The notes beneath the pieces were generated by a model that saw only the letters and a list, made by a program, of their open reading frames with translations, was not told the DNA's origin and searched no databases. This document shows positions 42,715 through 56,118 of a DNA stretch of 64,000 bases, piece after piece. The DNA comes from Octopus sinensis (Eukaryota): positions 41,540,001 to 41,604,000 of the forward strand of contig NC_043003.1 in NCBI RefSeq assembly GCF_006345805.1, given 5' to 3'. The translations under genes were made by a program, and so were the position numbers. Position 1 is the first letter of the stretch. Every line of letters starts with the position of its first letter.

Positions 42715-42900
42715 TTTTGTTTCAGCCGTGCTGGAACAACGCCTTTTAGAAATGGATCCCTGGACGTATTCTTTCTGAGCCAAGTACTTATTCTATCGGT
42801 CTCTTTTGCCGAACCGGTCAGTTACGGAGATATAAACGCACCAAAATCGGTTGTCAAGTGATGATGGAGGGAGAAACACAGACACAAGCACACACGCACA
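42715..42900 (-). mobile_element. SINE family C 3' half
   Basis: gtacttattctatcggtctcttttgccgaacc...atcggttgtcaag matches other copies. Confidence 0.8.
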
Positions 42901-42925
42901 TACACACATATATATACTTGGAAAG

Positions 42926-42988
<63 letters not shown>

Positions 42989-43063
42989 TATATATAAATA
43001 TGTGTATGTATTATATATATATGTATATAATATATATAATAATATATATATATATAATATGTG

Positions 43064-43111
<48 letters not shown>

Positions 43112-43594
43112 ATATATATAAATATGTGTATGTATTATATATATTATATATATATATATATATATATGTGTGTATATATGTGTATATGTATGTATATATC
43201 TATATTTATATACATATGTATAATACAGCGTGTGTATGTGTATGGTAGAAATTGTAAAAGATAGCAGATATTGCAGTAGAATCAATGAAAAAAGTGACAT
43301 CTCACAAAACCAGTAATTTAGACATTACAATGCATAAATTTTCTAAATGTGATAACAAATCAGTTTATAAGGTATTCTAAGAACATTGGATGAAACAGTA
43401 CATTATTTTTAGTTATTGATTATAGATAGAATATTTAAATTCATCACTTACATGACTGAACATAGACGCACGTGTGCACACTAGTATACACGTGCATGAC
43501 AGCATATAAACACTCTACATTATAGACAAACACCCACACATACACACTCACACATATACATATATAAAACGAGGTATAAATAATCCTTTATACT

Positions 43595-43797
43595 GTAGAC
43601 AAAGGTCTGAATCATGTGGGAAGGGCAGTAGTCAATTGCATCGATCTAGTGTTTCAACGGCACTTAGTTTATCGACTTCGAAAGAAAGAAAGGCAAAGCC
43701 GACCGACCACAGCGGAATTTGAACTCGGAACATGATGTCGTATGAAATGCCGCTATGCATGCTGCCCGGCGTGCTAACGATTATACGAGCTCCCCGC
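43595..43797 (-). mobile_element. SINE family A
   Basis: gcggaatttgaactc...cccggcgtgctaacga matches 6686-6922. Confidence 0.8.
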
Positions 43798-43906
43798 TTT
43801 ACAAGGCATGAACAATGGATCGTTGCATATATATATATGTGAATGTGTTTGCGTATGTGTGTGTGTTTTTGTATGAGTGTATGTATGTGTATATACACAC
43901 ATATAT

Positions 43907-43943
<37 letters not shown>

Positions 43944-43976
43944 TCATACACACACACACACCACACACACACACAC

Positions 43977-44016
<40 letters not shown>

Positions 44017-44485
44017 CAGCTCATGAATAATGAGTTTTATTTAAAATACTTCTATTGTTCTTCAAAATTAAGTTAAACAATTGTCTTTTTTATCTAAAAT
44101 CTACTCTCCTTCATTTTCTACAATGCTCTTCCATCTATCTGGTAAACTTGCAAGGCCACTTTCCCAAAATGTTTTTGGAGAATACTATTAAATACTGTAA
44201 AGAATCATATAGACTAGTGACCAGTATTCTATTCTTTCTAGAAATATTTCTTTTAATTAAAACATATTTTTTTTAGTTTCACTGCTTTAACGCCTCAAAT
44301 TTGTTCTAAAGTTTTTATTACTGATATCTGTTCACTAACATTGCTATTAAAGAAAAAAAAAAACACGTCATAATGGTGATGGAGTGTATGAAAATTATTC
44401 AACAAAGTTATATAATAGGAAGAAAGAAATATAATTGGATACAATGTGGATTATGAAAATAATAAAAGTAATAATGATAATAACT

Positions 44486-44592
44486 CATGTGTATGATGTA
44501 CTCTTATCAGAGGGTAGTCGTGATGAGTATATTGGGCCTCTTATATTTGAACCCCCGTGTCAGTTTGATAGCACGCATTGCTCTCTCACTCA
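44486..44592 (+). mobile_element. 5'-truncated copy of a TAA-flanked non-coding retroposon (family F)
   Basis: Matches the reverse complement of about 59157-59270; flanked by TAA repeats. Confidence 0.75.
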
Positions 44593-44609
44593 TTAATAAT
44601 AATAATAAT

Positions 44610-44791
44610 TTCGAACTTGGAACAAGCCATGCAATTTCAGAGGCGGTACTCAACTGGTACTTATTTCATCGACCCCGAATATATGAAAAACGAAGTCAAC
44701 ATCAGGGGAAATTGAACTCAGGATGTAAAGACGGACGAAATACCCCTAAGCATTTCCCTTGGCGTGCTAACGATTCTGCCAGCTCGCCGCC
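44610..44791 (-). mobile_element. SINE family A
   Basis: 5' end GGCGGCGAGCTGGCAGAATCGTTAGC; (ATT)n tail. Confidence 0.85.
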
Positions 44792-44879
44792 TTAATACTA
44801 ATAATGATAATAATAGAATCAACAACAACAACAGCAGCAACAATAATAATTCTGTTGCCTGACTGATTGACTGATGTCC

Positions 44880-45004
44880 ATCGACCCCGAGAGTATGAAA
44901 AAAGAAGTCAACCTCGCGAGAAATTGAACTCGGGATGTAAAGACGAACGAATTACCCCAAGGCATTTACCGCGGTGCTACTAACAATTCTGCCAGCTCGC
45001 CGCC
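44880..45004 (-). mobile_element. SINE family A 5' part (in a tandem duplication)
   Basis: Same head; same upstream flank as 44610-44791. Confidence 0.8.
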
Positions 45005-45433
45005 GAACTAATAATATTAATACTAATAATGATAATAATAGCAACAACAACAACAACAACAACAGCAGCAACAATAATAATTCTGTTGCCTGATTGATTG
45101 ACTGCTGTCCGTCTGACATTAAGTTGCTCTTGTAATGAAAATAACAAAGTGATCTTTGATGTCAGTCGTTTGGCGATGCTGATAGAGATATGAATATATT
45201 TGTCATTAATGCTGGTTAAACTTCGGACTCCATCTAATAACAATACGTCATATATAATTGCATGCTTCTGCAAGTGTGAATTTCTCCAAGTCTTTGTATG
45301 TGAGTGTGTAATTGTATCTGTATGTGTATGACTATATAAGCGCGGTTAAATCTTCGTCATTTTGTTCTATTCACCTGCATACAAGCAACAAGGGGGAAGT
45401 TATTGAAAATGTATGAGGTTCTGTAATATATAT

Positions 45434-45482
<49 letters not shown>

Positions 45483-46028
45483 ATTCATAGGTGCATACAC
45501 ACACACACGCACGCACATACATATATACTGACACAACTTTCTGAGGAGTAGACCTGCTTGAAGACACAAACACACAAACGCCTAGATTCTTCCATACATA
45601 TATATGCTTTTATGCATCTGGTGTGTGTGTGTGTGTGTGTGTGTGAGTGTTGGTGTCCATGTATAGGTGTATGTTTTCGTTGATCGTATTTTAAAACTTA
45701 GTGTGTTATGCGGGCTTTAAATTTAATATTTTATGCAATCTTGTGATGAGTTCTTAGGCATATCTATATCTATATATATATATGAGGGGGGGGTGACTGT
45801 ATGCGAGAGTGTGTATGTGAAAGAATGCGAGTGTGTGTGTATAAGTATGTAAGTTAATTTATGAAGTTATATGTACGCATGCGTGTTTTTCGCTTCACCT
45901 TAAATGCTCATTGTGTGTATCCTTCTCTTCTAAACGTGGCACAATATAAAAGATAAAGCGAGTGTGTATTTGATAATTGTGTGTGTTTCTCTGCGCGCGT
46001 GTGTGTATTGTTATTTGCATATGTGCTT

Positions 46029-46060
<32 letters not shown>

Positions 46061-46524
46061 AGAGAAAATGTGAATGAAGGATACAAAATGGTAGGGCAAT
46101 GAGGGAATGTGTAAGATACGTTTGCACACGTTACGCACATTTCAAGCACACGCATATATACAGAGATTATTTAAATAGCAACGGAATGAAAAAAAAATAT
46201 TAAAAAACATGAATCAAAAATTACAAGAGCAAATCTGTAAAATATTATAGAAACGAAGAAAAAAATTACATCACACCAGATTTGAACTCAAAACGTCGAG
46301 TAATAAAGTGAGCGTATATTTTAGACAAAATTGATTTCTAAATGCCTCAGATGGACTACGAGATATAGCTGAACTAATTGGGTTGAAAAGTTCAGCAAAT
46401 CTACAAGAGTAGACGTCCAAGAACTGATATGGAATAGTGTAGTAAATACAGCGAGTAATTGAAGCAAAAATAAGAGAAGAGATTATTTCTGATGTGATCG
46501 TACGTTTATTATTTGCAGTATGTG

Positions 46525-46576
<52 letters not shown>

Positions 46577-46700
46577 TGTGTGTGTATGTGTGCATTGGTT
46601 ATTCGTTTTTAAGTATTTCAAGCCATGAAGTAAAAGATTTCATTTTTCTTGTATGTCACTCTGACAAGTATATTACAACAATAAAATAGTAATGATGATG

Positions 46701-46757
<57 letters not shown>

Positions 46758-47370
46758 TTCATGTTAACAATATTTTATTGCCTAGCATTATTCCTTTTTA
46801 CATTTTTTTGTAAAATATACGTACATCTATATACGTACATATATATATACCTACAAATATACATATATATATAATTTTATATGTATACAATCACACACAC
46901 ATATGTATGCATGTATAGATGGATGTATGTGTATGACGATATGCATATTCGATTAAACAGAAAAAGTATAAAGGCTATTTTTTCAAATTATAATGTAATT
47001 TTATATATGTGTGTGTATGTCTAAAAGACACACATACTCACACTTGCATAGATGTTTAGTTATTATATTATATTATATTATTTTATATTATATTATATTA
47101 TACTAAATTATATATACATACATGCATACAAATATATGTGTGTCTGTGTATATACACAAGGAGAGAATGAGAGAGACAGAGAAGAAGACATACAGAGAGG
47201 CAGAGATAAGGAAAGGAAAATAGATAGATAGAAAGTGAGGGAGTGAGAAAGAGAGTGTTTGAAAATAAATGGGTAGAATATGATATCTACATAGAAACTA
47301 GGTACTAGCGCACTCATATATGCACATATATTTGCTTTTAAAAGAATTCATATATTTTTGATATCCATGC

Positions 47371-47402
<32 letters not shown>

Positions 47403-47576
47403 CCACCATGGTCGCGGATATATAATTGTTAAATAGGACAACAAACGGTAAGGCAAGGCAAACCTCTGGGACACACCAGAAACAGCTGTAAGATTTTTTT
47501 CCAATTATGATAATGTATATGACTTGAGAGGTTTGCTTTTCCTTAACGTTTGTTGTCCACTTTAATAATTATATAT

Positions 47577-47963
47577 CCACAGCCATGCTGGAGCCCCGCA
47601 CCTACTCGAACGAATTCACCCCAGGAATTATTCTTCGTAAGCCTAGGACTTATTCCATTGCTCTCCTTTGCCGAACGTTATGGCTGTCAAGCAATGGGAG
47701 GAACAAACACAGACACATAGACATGCACACACAGATACAAACACAAACACACACACACATATATATATATATATATCTATATATCTATATATATACATAC
47801 GATGGGCTTCTTTTAGTTTCCGTCTACCAAATCCACTTACATGTCTTTGGTCGGCACGTGGCTATAGCAGAAGACACTCGCCCAAGGTGCCTGGCAGTGG
47901 GACTGAAACCTGGACCATGTGGATGGGAAGCAGTCTTCTTACCACACAGCTACGCCTGCGCCT
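47577..47963 (-). mobile_element. SINE family C, near full length
   Basis: tRNA-like head AGGCGCAGGCGTAGCTGTGTGGTAAG, CORE-like CCTTGGGCGAGTGTC, internal TA/TG tract, 3' domain. Confidence 0.85.
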
Positions 47964-48229
47964 ATATATATAACAGGCAAGTGTCTAATACGGAGGAGGG
48001 GTAAAACACTGAGACCAGTTCTGGCCTACTGGTCTTGTCACGCAGGAGGGGAGTGCTTTGCTCCCTTACACGTAATATATCAGACACGGGTTGTGTGTCG
48101 TGAACCAGTTGTAAAGATATTTTCCTCGAGTTAAGATATAGTAACACAGTTTTGAATGGAACAGCCACGCTGGAGTAGCAACTAACATTAGTTTTCAGTA
48201 TCGCCAAACTTGCTACTCTAGTTGTTATG

Positions 48230-48260
<31 letters not shown>

Positions 48261-50192
48261 TGTGTGTGTGTGGTGTCCTTAAGAAATGCAGTGATGTGAT
48301 TTTCACGTTCGAACCTGCTAGAACGTTATAATTATATATGGATACGTTATTGGCTAGATTCTCGCTGTTATGCGTACACTCCATGAAGTACTATCGCGTG
48401 TTATTATTGTTTTGAAGAAGACATTCGATATTTTATGATGAGTTTTTTTGTTTCCTTTTGATATCGCTTCATTTGTTTTTTTAATTTTGAGTTTTATAGA
48501 ACTGTTCGTAGATTTTCATCTCAGCCATAATTAATCTCTGCTCGAACGATGATGGTGTGGTTCTGAAGGTTGGTGCTGTTAGTGGGCAAAGACTTGGGTG
48601 GTGGGTCTAGTTCGTTTAGTAATTCTAGATTCTTTTAGAGCAATCAACTCCGAGTTCTTTTTTTGTTTTGTTTTGTTTTACTACAACATTTAGCTAGAAC
48701 ATCTTCTGACTGATATTGTTAAACGATTGCGCCTTTGGGGAACAGATTTGTAAAGCCAGCTTGATGCTCTTTGACTATGGGAAACCATCTGTATACCTTG
48801 TTCTAACCATTCGCCTGAACAAATTTTAAGAATTACCCTTGGTGTAAGTCATCGCCCATATCTCATTTGTCCAGATTGGTTTTCATTGACAAACGTTGTA
48901 GGTAACAAATGTTCGATCGTAAGGAAGTTTTGAAAATTCAGTCTGTATTTTGGATGAATCTTCACTTTTTAGGGTACAGCAAATGCCACGTCATTTGCCT
49001 TTTTGGCTGAGATGGATTATCTGTCTTGTTATTTTAGTTACTGTGAGTAAAGTATTAGTCCACATTCTTCGTTTCAGAAATTTTTATCTTTGCTTTCTTC
49101 TGAATTAGGTTCTATAGTAAAGAAATAATATTCTGGCTTACAAAGTTATCCTAACTATATACTTTTAACATGTTTCTCTGACTCACTAATAAGATACTTG
49201 CCTCCTAATACAGGACACTATTATTGGAATGTACTAATACATTTCCCTCTATATATGATTTCAAAAGATTATTCACTTGCCTAGCCAAGATTATGGACCT
49301 AATGAAAAATCTGAGCAATATAATAGGGTAGCTCTTGATATACTGTATCATTATTTTATTGTCATCAATTGAGGTTTAACTAAGCATTTACCACGTTAGA
49401 ATTATGGATCAAATGAAAATCTCGTGTAAGAACACAATTTACAATTGATATATTGGAGCGCTCTGCTGTTGTATGCAATAGGAATTTAACATCATATATC
49501 GAGTAAGGATACAGATCTAATGAAAAATATAAGTTAGACAGGAGATAACTACTGATAAAGAGGAGAAACATGCCTTTCACTTCAGCAGGAGTTTAACATA
49601 GCAATGTTTGGCAACAAAACACTTTAACAATAGCCTGAATCTGCTGTATACAAACAGGAACTGTACCGGCATTATTTTTACTTTGATGTTTGCATACAGG
49701 TATTCCATCTGTTTGCATTACGTTCAGATAGAATATTATTAAATGTATTCTGGAAAACCATCACCCATCATCTGGTTGCTATACAAAGTCATACAGAGAT
49801 CCTTAAACATTGTAAAGTGTGCATTCACAATGAGATCATTCTATCAATTACGTACTTTTATTGTGTTACCTCTAATGCATGTGTATATACCGGATCTGAT
49901 GTATTTGTGATTTTCTTAATTCTAAGAATAAATCTCCTTGTTTGGATATATAAATAAACACACATACACCCGCACACCCACGCACACACAAACACACACG
50001 CACGTACATGTATATTCATTTATACTATCATATATGTATACAATTGTGTCTCTCGTGTGTGTATTTTTGAGTGTAAGTGTATAAACTTTCGTACATTTCT
50101 TTACATGCGTACATACATAATACATACACACACATACATATATTTGCATACGTATACTCACATAGACACATACATAATACACACACCCACAT

Positions 50193-50285
<93 letters not shown>

Positions 50286-50628
50286 TTATATTCATCTATA
50301 CATCTATATACGCATAGACTTCTTAATGCATTAGGTTCTTCCCGAAAGAATGCATGTGAAATCGGAATCTAATGTAGAATGTTAATTAAAGTGTAAAAAG
50401 TACAGTGCAAGCGTAGGCTGAGAATCGAACGCATCAGCACAATTACCATTAAAGCAGTGTAACGCAATGCAAGAGACATTCTCAGAGATTCAATCACATT
50501 TATCAATTAAGGTTTAACAGCATGTGTTCATTCTTAGCCAGCGTTATATTAGAGAATCTCTGAAATGAAAGGTATCTTGGAAATATCTAACCTTCTATCG
50601 TATTACTTCAAGTATATTATTTTCTCCA

Positions 50629-51084
50629 CCTGATCTTTCTTTCTTCGTTCTGCCGCCGTCCGTGCAGCATCTACATTCCTCCCCGTACCTGTGACATCTT
50701 GTATCCCTGCCGTAAGGCTTTATTTCCACACACACCAGCTTAATTTAATTCGCCCTTAGTCGAAAGAAACCTGTTGTTAGTCCTGTTATTTGTATTTGTT
50801 TAACACTCTCCGTTTCTTTTTTCCGTCCTTGTTTTCGTAGACATTCGCTGCTTTCTTCCAAGGAATCTAATGCTCTTAGCTTAGGTTTTCCTTGGGGCTG
50901 GCCAGATTGGAGCAATCTCGAGAATAATCAGCTGAAATTACAACGATAAGCTGGAACTCGACCGAGGAAAGAAAACTCCGAATGACCCGTCCTTGCTTTC
51001 TTTGTATCGTTTTTCTGGATGTTTTGTTGTCCATTTTTGTATCATCTAACTGTCTGGACGTTTTGAGCTCTTGTAACATTTTGC

Positions 51085-51087
<3 letters not shown>
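50629..51087. repeat. Family D copy 2
   Basis: Colinear with 20280-20711. Confidence 0.85.
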
Positions 51088-51141
<54 letters not shown>

Positions 51142-51149
51142 TATATATA

Positions 51150-51192
<43 letters not shown>

Positions 51193-51215
51193 ATGTATGT
51201 ATGTATATATATATA

Positions 51216-51248
<33 letters not shown>

Positions 51249-51380
51249 TAATAAAAAGAATTCCAACCTTGTCTGATTTTCACGTTTTATTTACAATCTT
51301 ATAATGATATATTATAAGATAATATATTATAATTGATTAAAATAAAATGAAATAGTAGAATGTTAAATGTTCATTCTGAT

Positions 51381-51425
51381 TGAACTAGTACTTTCATGCA
51401 TTGAATTCTGCAATCTTCGGGTTCA
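51381..51425 (-). ncRNA. Minimal hammerhead-like motif (U4C variant)
   Basis: UGAAC-CCGAAGA-U-UGCA-GAAUUCAA-UGCA-U-GAA-AGUACU-A-GUUCA: 5-bp stem I, 4-bp stem II, palindromic stem III. Confidence 0.6.
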
Positions 51426-52613
51426 TGTAGTAGTGTTGACAGTCATGCTTCACAATTTTTGACTGTAGCAAGATGATTGATTCTGTGCTATAAATACAGC
51501 TGGGTAGGCTCCAGAGTGCTAGGTTTTGCAAACTGTATTCTGACCAATCAGTGTGTAGTATCACTCAATTACTTAAGCTGATTGGTTGGATTGGTTGGTA
51601 TATATATATATTACAAAATATAAATTTATATCTTGAGTGACAGCAACGCTCAAGATATACAACGGACTGGAAATAGAAGTGCTCTAATGAGCTGTATACA
51701 CTTTTTTTATCCGAGGGGAGGCAATGCGAGGAACAACCACAGGAACATCAAAAAATCCACAGAATGACCAAACACACACAAATCTTCATATACTCATTAA
51801 TATCTATAAAGCCTGACATTTAAAAAATTAGTAATATATAAATAAACAAATATATCATAAAAATATAAATATTGCATATAACACCTTGAATTTACACTTA
51901 AAACATTTAGTATAAATTTGTTACAATAAGAGAAATAAATATAATAATAATAAATAAAAATAAAGCATACAAGTCATATTAAACGACGAATCAAAATTCT
52001 AGCGAAATGTACATAGAAGATAATAATTATACAAGTTTACAAAAATATAAGTTTACAAAGATACACAGAAGTCCATCACAAAAATACACAGAGGCGCCAA
52101 TTAATATTATTAGACATATCATATACTTAAAATTGGCACTCCCCACATCAATATGTCCTATACATACAACACATAGTAAACGTAAACAAAAACACAATCA
52201 CATGCCGGCCATATTCAGAACCGAGACATTAGGTACCCCCATTAAATTTTCTCCGATCCTGAATGCTACTTTATACACATATGATTCGACCCAGCAGCCA
52301 TTGTAAATGGTATGCACGCAGCGCCATCTGGACCATTTCACTTCTGCACTTATTTTATTTTATTTTATTTTATTTCAATCTTTTAAATTTCCACATACAA
52401 GCAAAGCCACATATTCGGGTTGAAGTCCTTGACACCTTTTATACTAATAGCTATTTTTTTAAATAATTTTTTTCTTTTAATAATTACATTACTTTAGTTT
52501 TATTTCATTTACTACTCACTATGCTTACTAAATTTAATTCAATTGTTATTGCTTATCTCTAACTTTTATTGCTATTTCTATTTCTAAATTTCTTATGGAA
52601 CGTCGAGTGGATC

Positions 52614-52903
52614 CTATGCTGGTATTGCATCAGTGAACTTATTTAATACTGCGTTGTTGTAATGTTTCAATATAATATATGCCTCCCTTATGCATAAACC
52701 GCTTCTAGTGGAACCAATTCTATAAGGGGGGCATGCGCAATGATAGCCCATGATATTTTAAATTCAACATTCCTTTCCTTAAGGTCATTAACATGTAATA
52801 CCAAAGTTGTAGAGGTCCTATATTTAGGATTGTTGAAAGAGCTCAGGTGGGACCGGTACCACTGCTTAAAGTCTACTGTGCTTCCAATATATATTGTTTC
52901 TAG
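52614..52903 (-). mobile_element. Neptune-type Penelope-like GIY-YIG endonuclease remnant
   Basis: YIGSTVDFKQWYRSHLSSF...TTL...LKE...FKISWAII, a +1 frameshift in a C6 run, then PY...GLCIRE...VLNK. Confidence 0.8.
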
Positions 52904-53514
52904 GAATCCTTGACCGCACGCACCCTTATGATCCTAAGACCCTGCACTGCATCCTAAAGGACCATAAAAAAGATTTTCTTGCCAAACCATCAATACGACT
53001 AATTTGCCCAACTAAATCTGACTTGGGTAGAATCAGCAAATCCATATTGGATAGAATCATTCCGGTGATAAGAGAAATGGCGATGTTGCCCTTGTAGGAA
53101 TCTACCAATGATATTTTATATTGGTTTCACACAATTAAATATGATGACTCATCATCATTTGTACAATTTGATATCTCGAATTACTACTCCTCGATCTCTC
53201 CCATCTTACTGAATAAAGCAACCATTTTCGCCCAGAACTTTGTTGAAATATCGAATGAAGATATTGATATTATTCAAGCAGCAAGAATGACTCCGATAAA
53301 TTATGGAAAGCACAACTGGTCTAAATCGGATTCTTTTAATTTATTCGACATCACCATGGGATCTTCGGACTCGGCTCAAGTAACGGATATTGCTGGTATA
53401 TTTCTGTTAGACAAGAATAAGCGGTTTTTCCCATCTCTATCCGGAGGTATTTATAAGCATGATGCATTGTTCATCGTATCTAATCATTCAAATCCACAGA
53501 TTGAAAGACATTAG
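52894..53514 (+). mobile_element. Neptune-type Penelope-like reverse transcriptase remnant
   Basis: LKDHKKDF..RLICPTKSDLGRISKSILDRI, in-frame TAG at 53095, FVQFDISNYYSSIS, FDITMGSSDSAQV, GIYKHD (decayed YRDD). Confidence 0.9.
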
Positions 53515-53529
53515 AGAATTTCTCAAGAA

Positions 53530-53568
<39 letters not shown>

Positions 53569-53681
53569 TATATATTATATATGCATACATACAAGTATAT
53601 AGATATATTCAGGAAAAGAATAAAGAAATAAAAGAATACATACATATATACTTACATACATTCCTACACACACACACACAC

Positions 53682-53734
<53 letters not shown>

Positions 53735-53770
53735 ATATATATATAATATATAACTCACACATCGTAATAT

Positions 53771-54030
53771 AACACCAAACTCAAAATTCCCTTCATCCTG
53801 GCAAAACGAATTTGTACCATAGTATCATCACCATTCAAACGTGAACAAAGACTAGAGGAACTGAATGACACACTTATCCATAGATTCTTCACCACCTGGA
53901 ATATTCACCAACGGAATAATCAAGGTGAAAGAAATGGATATCAATAAGTGCTCAGACGTCTTCAATCAAAAACAAAGACTGGATAAAGAAAGACAAGTTA
54001 TCAACAAGTATAAACCACCATTAAATATAG
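53771..54030 (+). mobile_element. Poseidon/Penelope-type fragment, internally deleted
   Basis: IPFILAKRICTIVS..REQRLEEL (RT C-terminal region), frameshift, then KERQVINKYKPPLN (end of GIY-YIG). Confidence 0.7.
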
Positions 54031-55082
54031 ACCCAACCATAACCTATATATATAAGAACGGACACGTAAACACAATTATAAACAATTTTATACATATCAT
54101 GTTTTTAAAATAATTCCTATCATCTCCTGAATCTTTTTTGAATATACATATATACTAGCACAGACACACAAACACATACACACACACAAACACACGCGCG
54201 CACAAACATACACACATACGCAGAAAAGTAAATATCACAAAAAAACACATATATAATAGAAAACATCACAAATACACACACACACACACAAACATACATA
54301 CATGCACAAAAAAGAAAACATCACAAAGACACATACACACACTACTGGTGACCACATACATACACACAGGTGGAGACACTCTAAAGAATACATCTTTCCC
54401 AAAGGAAATTCCTAATTCTTTTTTCAACAAGAGAAATTCCTTACAGTATACACACCCATCAACTCACAGCTGGTCATTTTTGATAACATATTTAAAGGAC
54501 ATTCAGCACAATGCACACACACACACACGACGGTGGACATAAAACCCATCCAATAAATGCTTTTTAGCCACTCCCTTCACAGCAACACACAAATATTTCT
54601 TTTAGACAATAGACACCCTTTCACTCACTCTCTAATACTTTGAACTCTACACCAAAATATATTTAAAAAAGACTTCAAAGAAAAATCTCCAGACATGTTC
54701 TTGACCACCAGACAAGATAAACTGTTTTCACTATCAAGTTTTCAAAGTTTTATAAATTTTTACTAATATTTGGCAAGTTGAAATACATCAAAACCGATAA
54801 TATTAATATTTTTTTACTTTAACATAATCTTTTATTAAATTCCCTCTTGAATCGAAATGTCTTAGACTTAATTCTGTACCATTTTCACCTCCATCTTCTT
54901 TATACATAAAAAATTGATTTGCGTCGATCTCTAATCTTTTTTTAATATATATATGTGTTAAAATCCGCATCATCATCATCATCATCGTCATCATCATCGT
55001 CGACGTCGTCGTCGTCATCATCATCGTCGTCGTCGTCATCATTGTCGTCGTCGTCGTCATTTCTGTCTGTGTCTTAGGTATT

Positions 55083-55308
55083 CTTTCTTTTATTCTTTTA
55101 CTTGTTTCAGTCATTTGACTGCGGCCATGCTGGAGCACCGCCTTTAATCGAGCAACTCGACCCTGGGACTTATTCTTTTTGTAAGCCCAGTACTTATTCT
55201 ATCGGTCTCTTTTGCCGAACCGCTAAGTAACGGGGACATAAACACACCAGCATCGGTTGTCAAGCAATGCTTGGGGGACAAACACAGACACAAACACATA
55301 CACACACA
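55083..55308 (-). mobile_element. SINE family C 3' half
   Basis: Close reverse-complement match to 57010-57227. Confidence 0.85.
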
Positions 55309-55946
55309 GGATTTTATTACAACTTATACCTCCTTACTTTTCTGTGTTTCTGTAACTTAAATGCGTTTGAAAAATGATTCAGATTGGAGTCGCTATCAAC
55401 ATATTTTTGTGTTTTACCCACCGAATAAACGCACTTGTCTTGAAGCCCAAATGTCAATTTGCGTGATCTATGGGTACTAGTTATCATCCTCAATAATGTG
55501 CAATCCACTTAGCAATGTGTCTTAAATTCTTTCACACCATCAAATCTAAACATTACTCTAATAGATCATGTAATCAGTTTAATCGATGTAAGCATGTTCC
55601 CACCTACCTCTCTCGGGAACTTCAACTGTTTTAACATAATTCATTTACATGATTAGGCCTCCGGTCAGACTCCAATCTAATTTGAATATATATTTTGTGA
55701 ATTTCTGCTTAAATTCAGACCTTTGTATATGTTTGAAAGTTCATCGATTACAAATTTGCATGCACACACACAGACACACAGACACACATACGCACATATA
55801 TATATTACGGAGATGTACTTGCATAGCAAGTGACCTGATCTGCGATCCTGTGCTGGAACGAAAACAATTGCGGCGTGAAAGGTGTTTATAAGCCATTTAA
55901 GAAACACAAAAAACCGTTAGATTCACTTCAACATTTAAATTTAATT

Positions 55947-55993
55947 TGTCAAAATATTTTCGTCGCTTTGAGACCGCGACCTGTTCACCGATA
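55947..55993 (-). ncRNA. Hammerhead-like motif with G3-C8 covariation
   Basis: UAUCG-GUGAACA-G-GUCGC-GGUCUCAAA-GCGAC-GAA-AAUAUU-U-UGACA. Confidence 0.5.
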
Positions 55994-56010
55994 ATATATA
56001 TATATATATA

Positions 56011-56046
<36 letters not shown>

Positions 56047-56053
56047 TATATAT

Positions 56054-56085
<32 letters not shown>

Positions 56086-56118
56086 TAATCAAAATAAAAA
56101 CATGATGCCAAGGATTCA

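Noticed and set aside
48700-49050. Possible minus-strand RT remnant (NQSG..RYGR)
   Set aside because: A single weak motif with multiple stops.
52270-52335. Possible decayed hammerhead (CAGATGG...GAATCATATGT) 3' of the Neptune endonuclease
   Set aside because: Several core mismatches and no stem I; suggestive position only.
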